A stretch of 63,801 nt of DNA, filler included, from Reticulomyxa filosa (Eukaryota; Protista; Foraminifera): NCBI GenBank assembly GCA_000512085.1. It is 21 parts of 21 records of this genome, joined end to end, with 100 filler letters (N's around TTAATTAATTAA, not from the genome) between each part and the next. Parts side by side here need not be neighbours in the genome. Positions count along the whole stretch, not along the records: positions 1 to 5,243 come from ASPP01010850.1; positions 5,344 to 7,159 come from ASPP01003572.1; positions 7,260 to 8,376 come from ASPP01033141.1; positions 8,477 to 12,357 come from ASPP01047198.1; positions 12,458 to 13,649 come from ASPP01028197.1; 16 more parts are not named here. The stretch is one strand, 5' to 3'. Position 1 is the stretch's first letter, and every line of letters starts with the position of its first letter. The translations under genes and the position numbers were made by a program. The notes below the pieces were generated by a model. That model was not told the DNA's origin, did not search any database, and worked only from the letters and a program-made list of their open reading frames with translations. Shown here piece after piece: positions 1 to 12,998 of this stretch.

Positions 1-216
1 AATCTATCATCTTCATAAGGTGGCATTTTAGGTGTTCAGTTTTTTTTGCAACATACTGTATAAATATTAACAATAAAGAAAATTATCAGAAAAACTACAA
101 TATTAGTATATATTTTTTAAAAAAATTAGGTTTAAATCTTTATTTTTCATGGAGAAAATCGATTCTCTTCATATAATGCCATTTAGTTATTGCAGTTTTT
201 TAATCCAACTTCTGTC
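1..216 (-). mobile_element. Two tandem copies of a TACAGT-initiated TIR-like repeat end (putative Tc1/mariner-related MITE family)
   Basis: The reverse complement of 1-60 (TACAGTATGTTGCAAAAAAAACTGAACACCTAAAATGCCACCTTATGAAGATGAT) aligns with 12197 onward. The reverse complement of 65-216 aligns closely with 18262-18437 (GAAGAGAATCGATTTTCTC.ATGAAAAATAAAGATTTAAA). Confidence 0.7.
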
Positions 217-229
217 AAAAAACGATTAT

Positions 230-1630
230 ATAACTTTATGTAGAATATCCATTGATACTCCCGCTGATGCAATGAACGCAACGCTAAGTAGTTTTCAATT
301 TTGATTAGGTCAAACCACTAACTTCATTGGAAGTTGAATTGATTATATTGAGATTATATAATTGATATTGACAAAATTTGTTATATATTTTGACTCAATG
401 TTTTGTTGAATGAATTAGCAAATTTGCTTGAAACGTTGGTGCAATTGATTCTTATGAACTTTAAAAGTTGCATGTATGCCTGATTATTAATAATGCAGTT
501 TGTGTGTGTCCCAACTTTAATATGTCGTCGAAATTTTATATTTGTGTCTTCAATATTCTCAAGTATGATTGAATGTATACTTGACTGTGTGCTGATCGAA
601 ATACTGTTAAATGATGTTTCAAAGATTAGTTTTATTTGATTTTTCTTTGTGTGACTGTAGTATTAATTGAATATAAATTAGATCTTTTTCAAATTGAATT
701 CTAATATGTATAATGTATTTATTGCGCAAAGTGCTGATAATGTTGCGAAGACATCGTACGATTGACAGCCTACAGTAAGGTCGTCGTATAAAGATGCAAA
801 GTAAATTGTCATGACAAAATGATTGAAGTCGATATCCAATTTATATGCCAACACTATACTGAAAAATGCCACACTTATTGTATTCACTTGTCGAACACCT
901 TATGTCGAAGTGATAGATACGCTATTTGTAAGAAAAGTATCGAATGTCGACAGTAGCAATAATTTACGTATTGGCAGCGATGTTATCTTTCTATTTACTA
1001 TATGAAACACCTTCGTTCATGATATTAAATTCATTTTTGAAATATCTTTGCAGCTACATTATTTAAGTAAATATTCGCCAGTTGGATTTCCTATTCGGAT
1101 ACTTGCACAAAGAAATAAATACAAAATTTCACTTCGATTCCGAATTGTTTGGTGCAAACTATCTGTTTGATGTCGTATGTGCATATGTCTTAAGATCTTG
1201 AACAAATCTGTAATTATACTTACTATACTTTGCAATTGCGATCGCACCGATTAACATGAACATAGTTTTGCAATTTGTTTCGACTGTTGAACCACATTGT
1301 GTATTGTTTATTCGAAAAATTTTTTGTGTATATATTGTATATAGTTTTGCAACTATTGCAAACAATATGATAAAATTTTTTGCAAATAGTATATTGTTAC
1401 GTTACTTGCAGTTTCTTCTGAGCATATATATCAATTTATGATTGTAATCTAATTAATGTACCATATTGTAATACTTGATTTGAACGTCTATATACTGATC
1501 AGATTTATGAGCTTTTAGACTTGTCTAACAAACACGTAGCAGCTTGCCTTTAAAGTATATATAGATATATTCTTTATAAATATATTTGCTCTATATATAA
1601 TCTAAGTGTTTGCTGTGGTATTTACTATAG
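230..1630 (-). pseudogene. Probable highly eroded family-B DNA polymerase
   Basis: Degenerate motifs appear in the expected order across frameshifts: ExoII-like YHSKHLDYI, MLRRNCK*RNNIL, ExoIII-like IAKYSKYNYRFVQDL, motif-A-like IVLAYKLDIDFNHFVMTIYFASLY and motif-B-like FKQIANSF (after removing 1 nt). No catalytic motif is intact. Confidence 0.4.
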
Positions 1631-3103
1631 TTTTCTTTGTCGCTGTCATAGTCTGAATTTATTTCAATTACAATAGAACGATCATCTTGCAATCGCATGT
1701 TAATATCTTTTACTTGCTCGATTGCGTTCTTACTTATTATGACTGATAATACCACATTATATTTGCGTAGTTTGTTATGTATTTTCCGAATGACTTGGCT
1801 AACTCTTTCAACTAGTTCGTTTATATGTGACAATTTCACTTCATAGTCTACAATCAAATGCATTCTGTTATTTCCACAAACAGTCAATGATATTAATTTA
1901 TGCGAAAATGATTTTTGTTTTTATCAAGTATTGCTTGTTAATAAGTTCTTTGAGTTGTCTACGCTATCTCTGCTTTGAGATTGTTCTCTTTGGGCTTGTG
2001 CATGTGTAGGTCACTTGTGCTATCAGTTTATTATTTGTTCTTTCTGCAAATCGTTCTCATAAGTTATACTCATGGTCGTTGTCAACATCTTCATTTATGT
2101 GACAATGTTAAGTTGTGTAATTAACAATCAATTTCATATTGCATTTGTCTCAAGATGATCTGATCTACTGTAAAATATTCTGATAGTAGTCTTTTCAAAT
2201 GTTTTTTGCAACTACAGTTGGACACTTGACATGCAAGTTCAAATAGTTTGTTGTCCAGTCTTGTATGCTTTGCTTGACTGTACAAAACCGTTAGATATTA
2301 CCACTTGCAACAGATAATACAAGCATCCTTGTCCCTTTTTGTGTTGGGTCGGCCTGTGTAGAATTTTTTTTTTATAGAATAAATTTCTGTTTTCTTAAAA
2401 AAACTCCATTTTATATATTTCCAATATACAAAGTACTACATGCAAACGCAAAATAATGTTATAAGAAAAAGTGAATATGAAAGTTTGTCCTTTTTTTTAT
2501 TATACGTATTGGTTTGACAGCTATACATTAAATGATACTGAAAATGGATTTCAAATATGCCAAACGAGTTAAAGATGTCAATATCCTTGTTTTGTTGAAA
2601 GGGAGTCTTTCATGCTTGCAAAAAATTTCAGCAGATGAATTCAACGTTGGATTCGTTGATGTTGGGGAATATGGGTTCTCCAGTTGAGAGAAATGTTGAT
2701 AGTTCAATAGAATCTGTTTGTACAGCAACTAACACTGTTCAACAGCGAACCCTAGCAGTTCCCCTTGCCCTACCAAATTCACAGACAGAGTCCAGCATCA
2801 GTGACACACACACCTCTTTTGGTCAGCTCGACAAAAACCCGGTATTAACAAATATAGCAAACAATCTCAACGCAACTAACCCTTCAAATAATGAGTTAGG
2901 CCGTTATCCTGACTTTTTTTTCCATCACGTTACCTCTTTTTCTCCGAATTCGGAACCAATAAAATGGTCACACACAAAATAGAGAAGAGGTTAAAAAAAG
3001 GGGTAAAAAAAAAAGCTCAACAAGGGGTCATCCGAGAAAAAACACACGTCCAAAAAAAAAGTGCATGCATGTTGCATGAAATTGTGTTGCTTAAAGACTG
3101 TCA

Positions 3104-5200
3104 GTGATGACAGAACGAGAAAAGGCGAAGCCACAGCTCGTTCCTTCGGTCGATGGCGATAGTAAAATGTGCGGACAATTACCACACCAAATGACCCGTT
3201 CTTGGCACTGTCACAACGCAAGAAGTTTAGAAAAAATTTGCCGACGTGTCCATTCCAAATCGTTGTCTTCAGAAAACATATTTGAAAGATGTTTTCCAAT
3301 CCATTGCCATTCCGACGACAACGACAACGACAAGAATAATGTACATCTTCACGACAACGTAGTATGTAATGACAGATGTATTCCAAGCTACGAACGACCA
3401 ACAACAAAGGCCACACACAAACGCGAACACATTGACCACGACGAATGTTATCACAGTGACGGTGCAATCTATGATTGTCGTGACGAGAGCTACAGCAGAC
3501 GGCCTTGCAGACAGCCCTCGGATGACAATGGTATCACGACCCAAGAAAATAAGGAAAACGATGCGACAAACGACGATGCGATGGCAATGAAATGCGAGGA
3601 ACAAATGATCACACACACGACAAACGCATTCGCGATAAAATGCCTGAAAGAAGATGGTCGAACAGATGATATGAAAATACCAAAATTGCAAATCCCCAAC
3701 ATCAATCACGAAGATGAGAATGAAAGTGAGAATGGAATGTCTTCAGGCGAAAGTACGCCATTGACACCACTGTCGCCACGCGTATATTTTCATTTGGAAC
3801 AAGAACCAAGTGTTCCAGAAGAGTTCCAGCCAAAAAAAGAAAACGAAGCGACGGAAAATGAAATGTCATCGACGAGAGGGTTAACTAGCTCCGCAATTGG
3901 AATCAGCACAGGGACTGACGCCACAATTGGATCCGAAACCAATGGGAACACAATCATGGAATCGAGCATTAGTCAAAGCAAAAGTAGGAGTAAAAGTAAA
4001 AAAAAAAAGTGGTATCATTTCTTTGAAGAACAAAAACAGGACCAATTCATATTCCTAGTCAATATGAGATCAGGAGGACAAAAAGGATCGCTTCTTGCCA
4101 AAGAAGTATCCAAGTATGATGCTTTGGTGTTTGATATGTTGGAAATTGCAAAGCATGTACATATTCGAAATCAATTATCTCGAGGTTAGGTCCATTACTT
4201 AATTTTTGTTCTGTTTGTCTTCTTTGAGCTTTGTCGAATACGCCTCTGTCAATATCAACGGATGAATAAATGCCATACAATATAAAGTGTTGGGAGAATA
4301 TCGAAATCGGTGTGTTGTTGTCATTTGTGGCGGCGACGGGAGTATTGGCTGGGGGTGTTCTCTTATTGACAAAGCCATTGTCGAAACAGAGGTACGCAAC
4401 AAACATGTGCTTTGTGATGTTCTTGTTATTTATGACCAGCACAAATATACTACATAGAGTGAGATAAAAATTCCTTTTCCTTGCATTTGCAGTTTGCCAT
4501 TAGGGACGGGAAATGATTTTACTCGCTCACTGGGATGGGGCAATCTAGAACCCAATTGCAAAAACTTGCTAAATATTATAGCGGATATTCAATTCTGCAG
4601 TAAAATTACAAAACGATGGAGCAGTGTCGATCGCTGGCACGTGAGTTATTCATTTAATCATTTGAAAAAGCAATCTGAAAATGTGCCAAACAAAGAAATC
4701 GACGAAAAAACAGAATGTAATAATGAAAACGATCACAACGACCTCACAGGCGTTAGCTCAGAATCGTCTTTGTTATCATCTGATTATCTCAATGAATGGA
4801 CTGAAGAAATGGAAGCTTACATTTCTCAAACCTTTTCGCCGCCATTGCCCAAAGCTTTTGTTAGTATCTTTTTTTTTTTTTTTTTCAAATTGATTATTGA
4901 TTTACACAAAATAAAATCAAAATAATAAAAGGTTTGCTATTTATCTTTGGGGTATGATGCCCTGGTTGCACACAAGTTTGAATCGGAACGTCGTGCCCAC
5001 CCAGAGAGATTTAATTCGCAATTGAAAAATCAAATCATGTACGTAAAGCATGGATTCACCGAGTTTTTTAAGCCAAGTGAACCTATCATTGATATGGTCG
5101 ACATACATGTCGATGGAAGAGCTATTGAATTGCCAGCAGGGTGTAGGTCTTTCAAGCTTGTCAATATCAACTCTGCGGCAAATGGAGTTTTCTTTTGGGT
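3104..5200 (+). CDS. Diacylglycerol kinase (multi-exon, 3' truncated by contig end; possible upstream exon 2635-2982)
   Basis: DAGK catalytic motifs FLVNMRSGGQKG, VVICGGDGSIGW (4310-4350) and LPLGTGNDFTRSLGWG. Accessory-domain segment YLSLGYDALVAHKFESERRAHPERFNSQLKNQIMY. GT-AG introns separate the blocks. Confidence 0.92.
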
Positions 5201-5243
5201 ATGTCACATTCCCTATTCATCCTAATCACATTAAAAAAAAAAA

Positions 5244-5343
5244 NNNNNNNNNNNNNNNNNNNNNNNNNNNNNNNNNNNNNNNNNNNNTTAATTAATTAAN
5301 NNNNNNNNNNNNNNNNNNNNNNNNNNNNNNNNNNNNNNNNNNN
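5244..5343. other. Artificial contig spacer (44 N + TTAATTAATTAA + 44 N); first of 20
   Basis: The identical 100-bp spacer also occurs at 7160-7259, 8377-8476, 12358-12457, 13650-13749, 15189-15288, 16797-16896, 18438-18537, 34460-34559, 40034-40133, 42087-42186, 45572-45671, 47030-47129, 50243-50342, 52005-52104, 53635-53734, 56973-57072, 58277-58376, 60623-60722 and 62585-62684. TTAATTAATTAA gives stops in all six frames. Confidence 0.98.
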
Positions 5344-5382
<39 letters not shown>

Positions 5383-7119
5383 TGAATGGTCTTGGCAAAT
5401 AATCGAAGTAACAATTCCTCTGGCGACAATTCTGGAAAGGACAAATACTCTTCCTTGATATGATCAAAGAAGTCGTGCAAAGGCAACTTAAAATCGGTGG
5501 TCAATTGCTGCGAGTGTTGATAGATTTGCTTGGCTTCATTGTTGGTGAGCTCCAATTGCAACGTCTGACAAAGTTGCCAAAATTCGTCCAAGTTGATTTT
5601 GCCATCTTCGTCTTTATCAATTTTCTGGATTTTGTCTTTCAATTGCTCAAACGAGTTTTTTTTCTTCGCCGCGACAATGGGTTTTTTGGTCTTTTTATTT
5701 TTCTTTGTCGAGTTGGACTTGGCCTTTTTTTTCGAATTGCTGTTGGCGTTCTTTTTGCCAGAGGATGTCTTCTTTTTCAAAGTTGGGCTCTTGTCCTTTT
5801 CCAGTTCGCTCTGGTTGCCCTGGTCCTGTTCATCCTCTGGCTTGGGTGTCCCCACGGCAAACACATCTTTGATGAGTGAGTCCAGGTCGTTGTTGCTGCT
5901 ATGGTTGCTATGAATCGACGCACTCTTGTTGTGACCCACGCTGTCCTTGTTGCTGTCCAGGCGCTCCATAAACACATCAATCCGAACTGATCGACCATTG
6001 GCCGTGTTCAAATTAAAGATCTGTTGCGCGTCCTTCTTTTCGATGGCACTGAATCCGGTCAACGCGCTGAAGAACTCGTCAAATGTCACCGTGCCATCGT
6101 CGTCGGCGTCATTAAACTCCAAATGGCTCCTCACACGGGACAGTATTATTGAGCCCTTTTTTTGCACAAAACAAATAAATTATACATATATATATATATA
6201 TATATATATATGTATAATTATTTGGTTATCGTTTATTTGTTTAATGTAGGCTCGTCAAGAGATATAGACACATGTACAAATGTATACATGTATATATGTA
6301 TATGTACATATATATACGCATAAGCAAATAAAGTACACAAGTGTATATATTACATATGCATACACATATATATATATATATATATATATGTTAACCTTTT
6401 TTGTTCGGCAATAGGGATCATCTTTCGGACGACATATCGAATGACTTGTTCAGGGGTATCAAAGTCAATGGAGTATTGTTTGATGCGTTGCAGAAAGGGC
6501 CCGATTCGCAATTCGCTAATTGTGGACAAGGTCTTGGTTTTTATGACGACAATTGACTCATCGTCATCATCATCGTCTTCTTCTTCTTCTTCTTCTTCGT
6601 CGTCTTCATTATCATTGCTTTTTTTTTGTTTTGTTTTTTCTTCGATTTCAACGTGCCTTTTTTTTCTTTTGCTTCTTTGTTTGCGATTGCGATTGCGATT
6701 GCGGGTGTGACTGCCCTTGTGGCCCCAACTGCTTCAACATCTGTTCCATAGCTATCATTTCGTTGGTTTCGTTTTTAATGGATTGCTGTTGCAGCTCGAC
6801 AAACATGTCGAACACGTACTTGCACTCTTGTTCCGTGCAACCGCTGTAAAATGTTTTAATCCCTTCGTAAAACTCGGGGTAGTCAATGCGACCGATGCCT
6901 GACTCGTCCAAGTCCATAAACTCTTCGCGGATCTCGTTCCACACACTTTCCCGCAACTCTGGTTCGTGCGGCCTGCGATTCAGCAGCGTCACTTCGTCGA
7001 TCAAGTTTTGGCTCGATATCCTTGCTCCGTTGTTGTTGTTGTTGTTGTTGTTATGACTGGGGTCGTCATGTTCAGTGTTCACTGACCCATTATTTGATTG
7101 TGTTTTATTGACATTATTG

Positions 7120-7159
<40 letters not shown>
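5383..7159 (-). CDS. Multi-EF-hand calcium-binding protein (partial, intron-containing)
   Basis: EF-hand loops DLDESGIGRIDYPEF, DADDDGTVTFDEF and DKDEDGKINLDEF. A TA-repeat intron lies at about 6155-6395. Confidence 0.8.
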
Positions 7160-7528
7160 NNNNNNNNNNNNNNNNNNNNNNNNNNNNNNNNNNNNNNNNN
7201 NNNTTAATTAATTAANNNNNNNNNNNNNNNNNNNNNNNNNNNNNNNNNNNNNNNNNNNNAATCAATGTCTTCTCAAGGAGTTTGGTTTCTTTTTGAGTTT
7301 TTTCCTAAAAAAAAAGGATTCTTTGTTAAAATTGATATTAAAAAAAGTTTCGTTTGTATTTATTTTCTCTTCTCTCTCAATTGATATAAAACACAAGCAT
7401 AAATTGTATAGGTAATTCCAGAACATCTAACCACTCTATTTTCGCAAGTTATTCTAAATAATATTTCATCTATTACAAAAACACAAAATAAATAATATCG
7501 ATTATGTATGTGTTTTTTTGGTATAGAT

Positions 7529-8376
7529 GAAATTGAACAAAAACGAGTTAGCTATCTAAAAATTTAGAGTTAGAGTTTTTCATATGGTTCGCCATTTAAA
7601 ACAATCATAAAAAAACAGATCCTCGAATACTTTAAGCGATACAATTCGAGAACGTGATGATGCCATTTCAAAGCTGAATACGCAAAGCAAAGAACTGAAC
7701 GAGGCCAGAAAGTTCTTAATTATGCCCCAACATAAAAGACAAAAAAAACACATAAAGTATATGTGCACTAAAACATTATTTCGTTTGTATGTTTGTTTCA
7801 AAAGTAAATGTGAAAAATTATCCCAGCAACTCCAAAAATTTGCACAAGAAAATAAAGACCAAAAAGACAAAATCGATTCATTAAATGCTGAAAAGTCAGC
7901 CATGTTTGAGGAAATTGAAGTCTGCAATTCACTTAAACAGTTTACCAGTTATAACACACCTCTGACTTTAACTTTGTTGGCATAGCCAAATGTGCGAAAA
8001 TTTTTTATTGAATAAAAAAAATTATATTGTTGTCTGACATAAATAATGTAGAACAAATGCACAATTGTCTAGTGAAGTGCAAGATTTGAGGGGAAGAATT
8101 TGCAAACTGACAATTGGAGTAGGAATTGAAAGTAAATTTCCAGCAGTGAATGATATTGCGACAACTTATGAAGGGATAAGTGATAATTATCGATTAAATT
8201 TGACAAGTGAAATCATCACACAATTAGAAGATAATGAAAAGATTAAAGAAAAGTATACAATATCATTCTTGGCAAGATTTTCACATTGTGTATCATTCTC
8301 AGTATTGTTGTTATCTTATCAATTTGCAAATGGGTATTGGGAAAATAAATTACAATATTTGCAAAAACCATTTGGA
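7529..8376 (+). CDS. Coiled-coil protein fragment of unknown function (multi-exon, partial)
   Basis: Short heptad-rich exons (KCEKLSQQLQKFAQENKDQKDKIDSLNAEK; SSEVQDLRGRICKL) separated by AT-rich putative introns. Confidence 0.4.
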
Positions 8377-8476
8377 NNNNNNNNNNNNNNNNNNNNNNNN
8401 NNNNNNNNNNNNNNNNNNNNTTAATTAATTAANNNNNNNNNNNNNNNNNNNNNNNNNNNNNNNNNNNNNNNNNNNN

Positions 8477-8722
8477 AATTTCATTGGAATTGGTTTGTGA
8501 ATCAATCAATTGTACAACACAATGCCCATGCATTTTAACATCATCAGGATAAGAGCAGATGTATTTGTATTGTTTTTTGAGAGTATGATAGGAATAACAG
8601 TCGTTAGTTTGAGTGCTTCCACAAACAAGGAGTTCATCCTTGAACAAAAGACATTGTGAATTACTTAGTGGCTTGAGTAAGTCAGGCAAAGTTTGAAAGA
8701 TGTTGTTGAATTGAGTAGACAT
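8477..8722 (-). CDS. Kelch-like beta-propeller family protein, N-terminal fragment
   Basis: MSTQFNNIFQTLPDLLKPLSNSQCLLFKDELLVCGSTQTNDCYSYHTLKKQYKYICSYPDDVKMHGHCVV has Kelch-type spacing. It is homologous to the divergent copy at 9415. Confidence 0.7.
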
Positions 8723-9414
8723 GTCAGATGTGTTTTTTTTTTGTTGAAGTGTTCTGGCAGTCCTTTTTTTTAGGACGAATATTTGGATATGAAAAATTGA
8801 CAATCCACTTGGAAATGATGGAATGATTTGCAGATTTGTTGTGAATTTCTTTGGATTATTTCTTTCTTTCTTGCTAAACAAAATTACAATAGTGGAGAAT
8901 AAATGTATTCATAGAAAAACAAAATAGTAAATAGTATTTTTAAGTTTGAGCTATAATTTCAATACGTATTACTTTGTTCATTTATTAGACAGCTGTTTTC
9001 ACTGCAAAAGTGTGATTAAAAATGTGTTTTTATCAACTTTTAAGATAGCTCAGATTTGTTAATTTTCACACGATGAAAAAAAAAAAAAATTGACAGTTTG
9101 GCATTGTGCATGCTATATAATAATGTATTCGAAAATTAATTTCTCTGAAAAAGAGATTTACAAAAAAATTGGAGTGTGGCATAGAGTTTTTTTTATGTTT
9201 GAAGAATCAAAGAAATTCTACTCCAATTCTTTATTTTATAACAAATAGATCTTTAAAAAAACATTATTAGATTTTGTTTATCCTTTTAAAAGTGACTTGC
9301 CAATTGTACAACTCATTTTTAAAAACAAAATTAAATCCCTTTTTTTTTAAGGCCGTTCAAAGAGTCATTTCACCCCTTTTTTAAACTTCATCATAGTTCA
9401 GAAACATTAACAGC

Positions 9415-10250
9415 ATGAGTAATCAAAACGCAATTCTTTTTCAAACTTCTCCCTTTCAAAGCTTGAAGGAATTGCTCACTCCATTTAAACAGTTCAATGT
9501 GTGCTGTACAAACGCGAACTCCTCATTTGTGGAGGTTATTGTCAAAGAGTCTGTTATTCTTATCATACTCTTAAAAATGAATACAAATGATGTTTATTTA
9601 GATGGGCACTGTGTAATGAAGCTGGTAGACAACAATAATAGCAAAGGCAGCAATTAGATCACTTTGTTGCCTTTTAATGAAGATACATATTTAAAAAGAT
9701 TACATTGGAATGAAATATGTAAGTGTTTGGAATAATGACAATAAAAAAAACAATTACAATCGGTGGATCCCTTTCACAGATAATCATAATAATAAAAATA
9801 TAATGATATTTATCAATGAGCGGGTGCAGTGATTGGTGGAAGCAGTAACTATTCGTTACTTATCATTTATTATTTTAATACCATTAAGTGTTTAATTTAA
9901 ATACATTTTAATTTATTAAACAAGATACTTTATCAACTTGTTATATTAGTTTATCATATCGCATCATTATCTGAATATGCATATGTATATGTCAATGATG
10001 TCATCTTGTTCTTTGGCGAAGATAGTTATAAAGATAATAAGAGTGTTATTTCAAATCATTGCACAAATTAATGACACATATGTGCATATTATTGAGTATC
10101 GGATAGAGAGCAAAAATTAAATGCTTCTTGAAATATTATCTTGTATATTCCTGCAAATATTTTTTCGAATGCTTTGATTAATTTAGATGTTCAATCAATT
10201 TGGGAATATCCAGAAAAACAGATTATGTTTTTAAACAAAAAACAATCAAA
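9415..10250 (+). pseudogene. Frameshifted paralog of the same Kelch-like family
   Basis: FQSLKELLTPF..QCVLYKRELLICGGYCQRVCYSYHTLKNEY..LDGHCVMKLVDNNN, broken by frameshifts, stops and deletions. Confidence 0.7.
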
Positions 10251-12196
10251 ATCAGTTCATTTTTCTTTCAAAAATTACAAAATTTTAGATTGAATATTTA
10301 ATTTTTCATATGATCGATAATTAAATTTTGTTGAGTTATTTGGTGGAATAAACAACAAATTCCCTTATTTTAATCTAAAAATTGAAATAGTAGAATGCTT
10401 GAAAAGGTTTCAGTGAATTGTAGTGATTATAAAATTTAAAGAAGAGCATCCAATATATTCTCCATCTCCAAGCACGTTTTTTTTTTTTTATAATAACACT
10501 TCAGATGACGACGGCAATTCATCTCGGACAAATGTTTTGATAATCGAATGAATATTTTTTTTTCCACTTACAGTTCGAACAGGATCTCAATTTGATTGCA
10601 TTTACAAATAGTCCAAAATGAACTACTTTGCATATTGCAGTCACATTTCAAACCATTCAAATTTGAATGTTCCATTTAGTCCAAGGAACGACGTTTTCAC
10701 GCAAAGTAATAGATAGAGAAAGCAACAGCAAATTAATTTACATTGCTTAAAAAGACAACAGTAATAAATGTTTAACTGCAATGAATTTGGAAAGTTTTGC
10801 TCTTGGTCAATTTCGATAACCATATACGGGATTGGTAAAAAACGCGACGCACATCCAATGGACTATTGTGTCGTCATCTTCATCCACATTGTTTCTGTGT
10901 GAACATCTTCGACCGATACGTTGTCATCGTGGTTTCCCTTCCATAAGATTCATTGCAACTTCCACACTGTCGCTATTCATCGACACTTTTGCCTCTTCTC
11001 TTCCTGCCCACTATTTCACAATGAAAGAGTCAACCACTGAAAATATGATACAAAAACAACATACTTCAAATAGAGCTTCACTTCTAATCGCTCTCCTTTA
11101 TTTTCTTTCTATTTTATATACTTTTTCTCCCACTCCATTGTTCTGGATAATGTATATCCATTCTATATTTGAATTTGAATAATGGCAGGATTGCATGTTC
11201 AAGGAAAGTTTCAATCCATGGAATATGCATCCACTTGAATATCTCAATCATTGTCTAAAGGTGCATCCACTACGACAACTCTGGTACAATTGTTCTTTCT
11301 TTCATTTCTTTTGATTGTGTAATCTTATCACAAAATACACTTTTGATATGTAATTGTGATAAGCACCAAGAGAAGACCCGAATTGAATAACGGCACGTTC
11401 TGTCAACAGATATGGATTCACGTTATCTCCTTCATTCTCGATGTGACGGCGATGTAATTTTGATTGCTTCAAAAATTGCTTAGCCTGATTCCGATATCTC
11501 TGTTCGCCGGATGTTGCTACGTGCAATTGCATCCAAATAGTATTCCGGCACTTATCCAACGATGAGGGCATCGATACATTGGAAGCCTTATTATAATAAG
11601 TTGGTTGGTCACGTTTGGTGAGACACAATTTTGGCGAGCAAGCAATTTGAGTAAGCGATATTGTGGAATATACCCAAGTGTCTACGAACAGTACATACCA
11701 TTTGTTGTAGAAGACAAAACGCTCAATGCTTAAATAACAACCAAAATACAGCCTGCAATGGAATATGAAAAGTTGACTATCAAAAATATTCCACTTGTAA
11801 ATTCGATGATGATAGTACAGTTATCTTTAATATCTAAATCTTTAACTTCAATCAATGTTCCATTTGGAAATTGATGTCTTCTCTTGTGGCTGCATATTTG
11901 AACAACAAGACAGAATAGTCAAACAATGAATACATCATTTGCTTTTCCATACGTCGATAATAACCACGATCACTGGTCGATATACAATTTGTGAGTTGCA
12001 TTATCGTAGTACACAGTCTGCCATTGGTTCAAATGATTGATTGTACGCACTGCCGATGTTCCGGACATATTTACAATATATTGTAAAAGATAATACTCAG
12101 AGTATCTCCTTTCAATAGCAATATTGGTCATGTGGATTGCCTTGGTTCATTGCTTGAAGGATGCTCGTTTGAAAAAATATTTATTTGCTTCCCAAA

Positions 12197-12345
12197 TACA
12201 GTAAGATAAAAAAGAAGTTGAAACCTAAAATGTCACCTTATAGAGATGATTGTGTTTCTCCATGAAAAAACAACATTTAATCAAAATATTTTTTAAAAAA
12301 ATATCTACGAATGGTGTAGTTTTTAAATATCATTTTGGTTTTTTA
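12197..12345 (+). mobile_element. Copy of TACAGT-ended TIR/MITE family at contig end
   Basis: TACAGTAAGATAAAAAAGAAGTTGAAACCTAAAATGTCACCTTATAGAGATGATTGTGTTTCTCCATGAAAAAACAAC...TGTAGTTTTTAAATATCATTTTG matches 1-60 (-) and 59877-60010. Confidence 0.65.
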
Positions 12346-12614
12346 TTAAGTCTTTACNNNNNNNNNNNNNNNNNNNNNNNNNNNNNNNNNNNNNNNNNNN
12401 NTTAATTAATTAANNNNNNNNNNNNNNNNNNNNNNNNNNNNNNNNNNNNNNNNNNNNTTTTCCTTCATCCTTTCTTCGTACTGTTCTGATTTTCTTTCAA
12501 CTATATGTAATTTATAATATCTATTTATTTATTCTCCACTATCTCCTTTTACCCTTATCAACGTATAGTCACTCATTTGGTGAATTCTTTCTCTTGTTTG
12601 TTCCACATATTGAT

Positions 12615-12998
12615 TCACATTGTCATTCGATCATATACGTTATCCACTTGATTCCCCATTACCTTTACTTGGTCAATTGCTTGTTGTACACTCGATTTTA
12701 TTATTTCATTTGTCCACTTATGCATATTTTCAGTCTTCACCTTGATTTCACCAATTTGTTTATTTATCACATTAATATTGTTATTTATATCATGTATATG
12801 TCTACTTATTCTATATGCTATTTCCAAGAACGTATTCTGTGCCGCAGCAATTTCAGTATTGTGTATTTGCATTTCAGATAGCGTTTTCACCACATATCGT
12901 AGGACCTCCAGTATTCTTTCATCATCAATTTCATTCTTTGCTTCAATGTTATTTACTGTATCCGTTTGCAGTGTTTCCGGAATTTCTATCGTTGACAT
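12615..12998 (-). CDS. Coiled-coil ORF of unknown function (possibly repeat-derived)
   Basis: 127-aa ORF with heptad pattern (IHDINNNINVINKQIGEIKVKTENMHKW). No family motif recognised. Confidence 0.3.
   Translation of the reverse strand: MSTIEIPETLQTDTVNNIEAKNEIDDERILEVLRYVVKTLSEMQIHNTEIAAAQNTFLEIAYRISRHIHDINNNINVINKQIGEIKVKTENMHKWTNEIIKSSVQQAIDQVKVMGNQVDNVYDRMTM

Noticed and set aside
5288-5299. TTAATTAATTAA palindrome recurring 20 times, and ORFs ending in X-runs or LIN
   Set aside because: This is an artificial concatenation linker, not a biological repeat or CRISPR array. Gene adjacency across it is meaningless.
10640-12190. Possible degenerate reverse transcriptase on the minus strand (LKGDTLSIIFYNI ... 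VYYDN)
   Set aside because: There are only two weak look-alikes of QG..LSP and YADD and no supporting ORF. It cannot be supported without a profile search.
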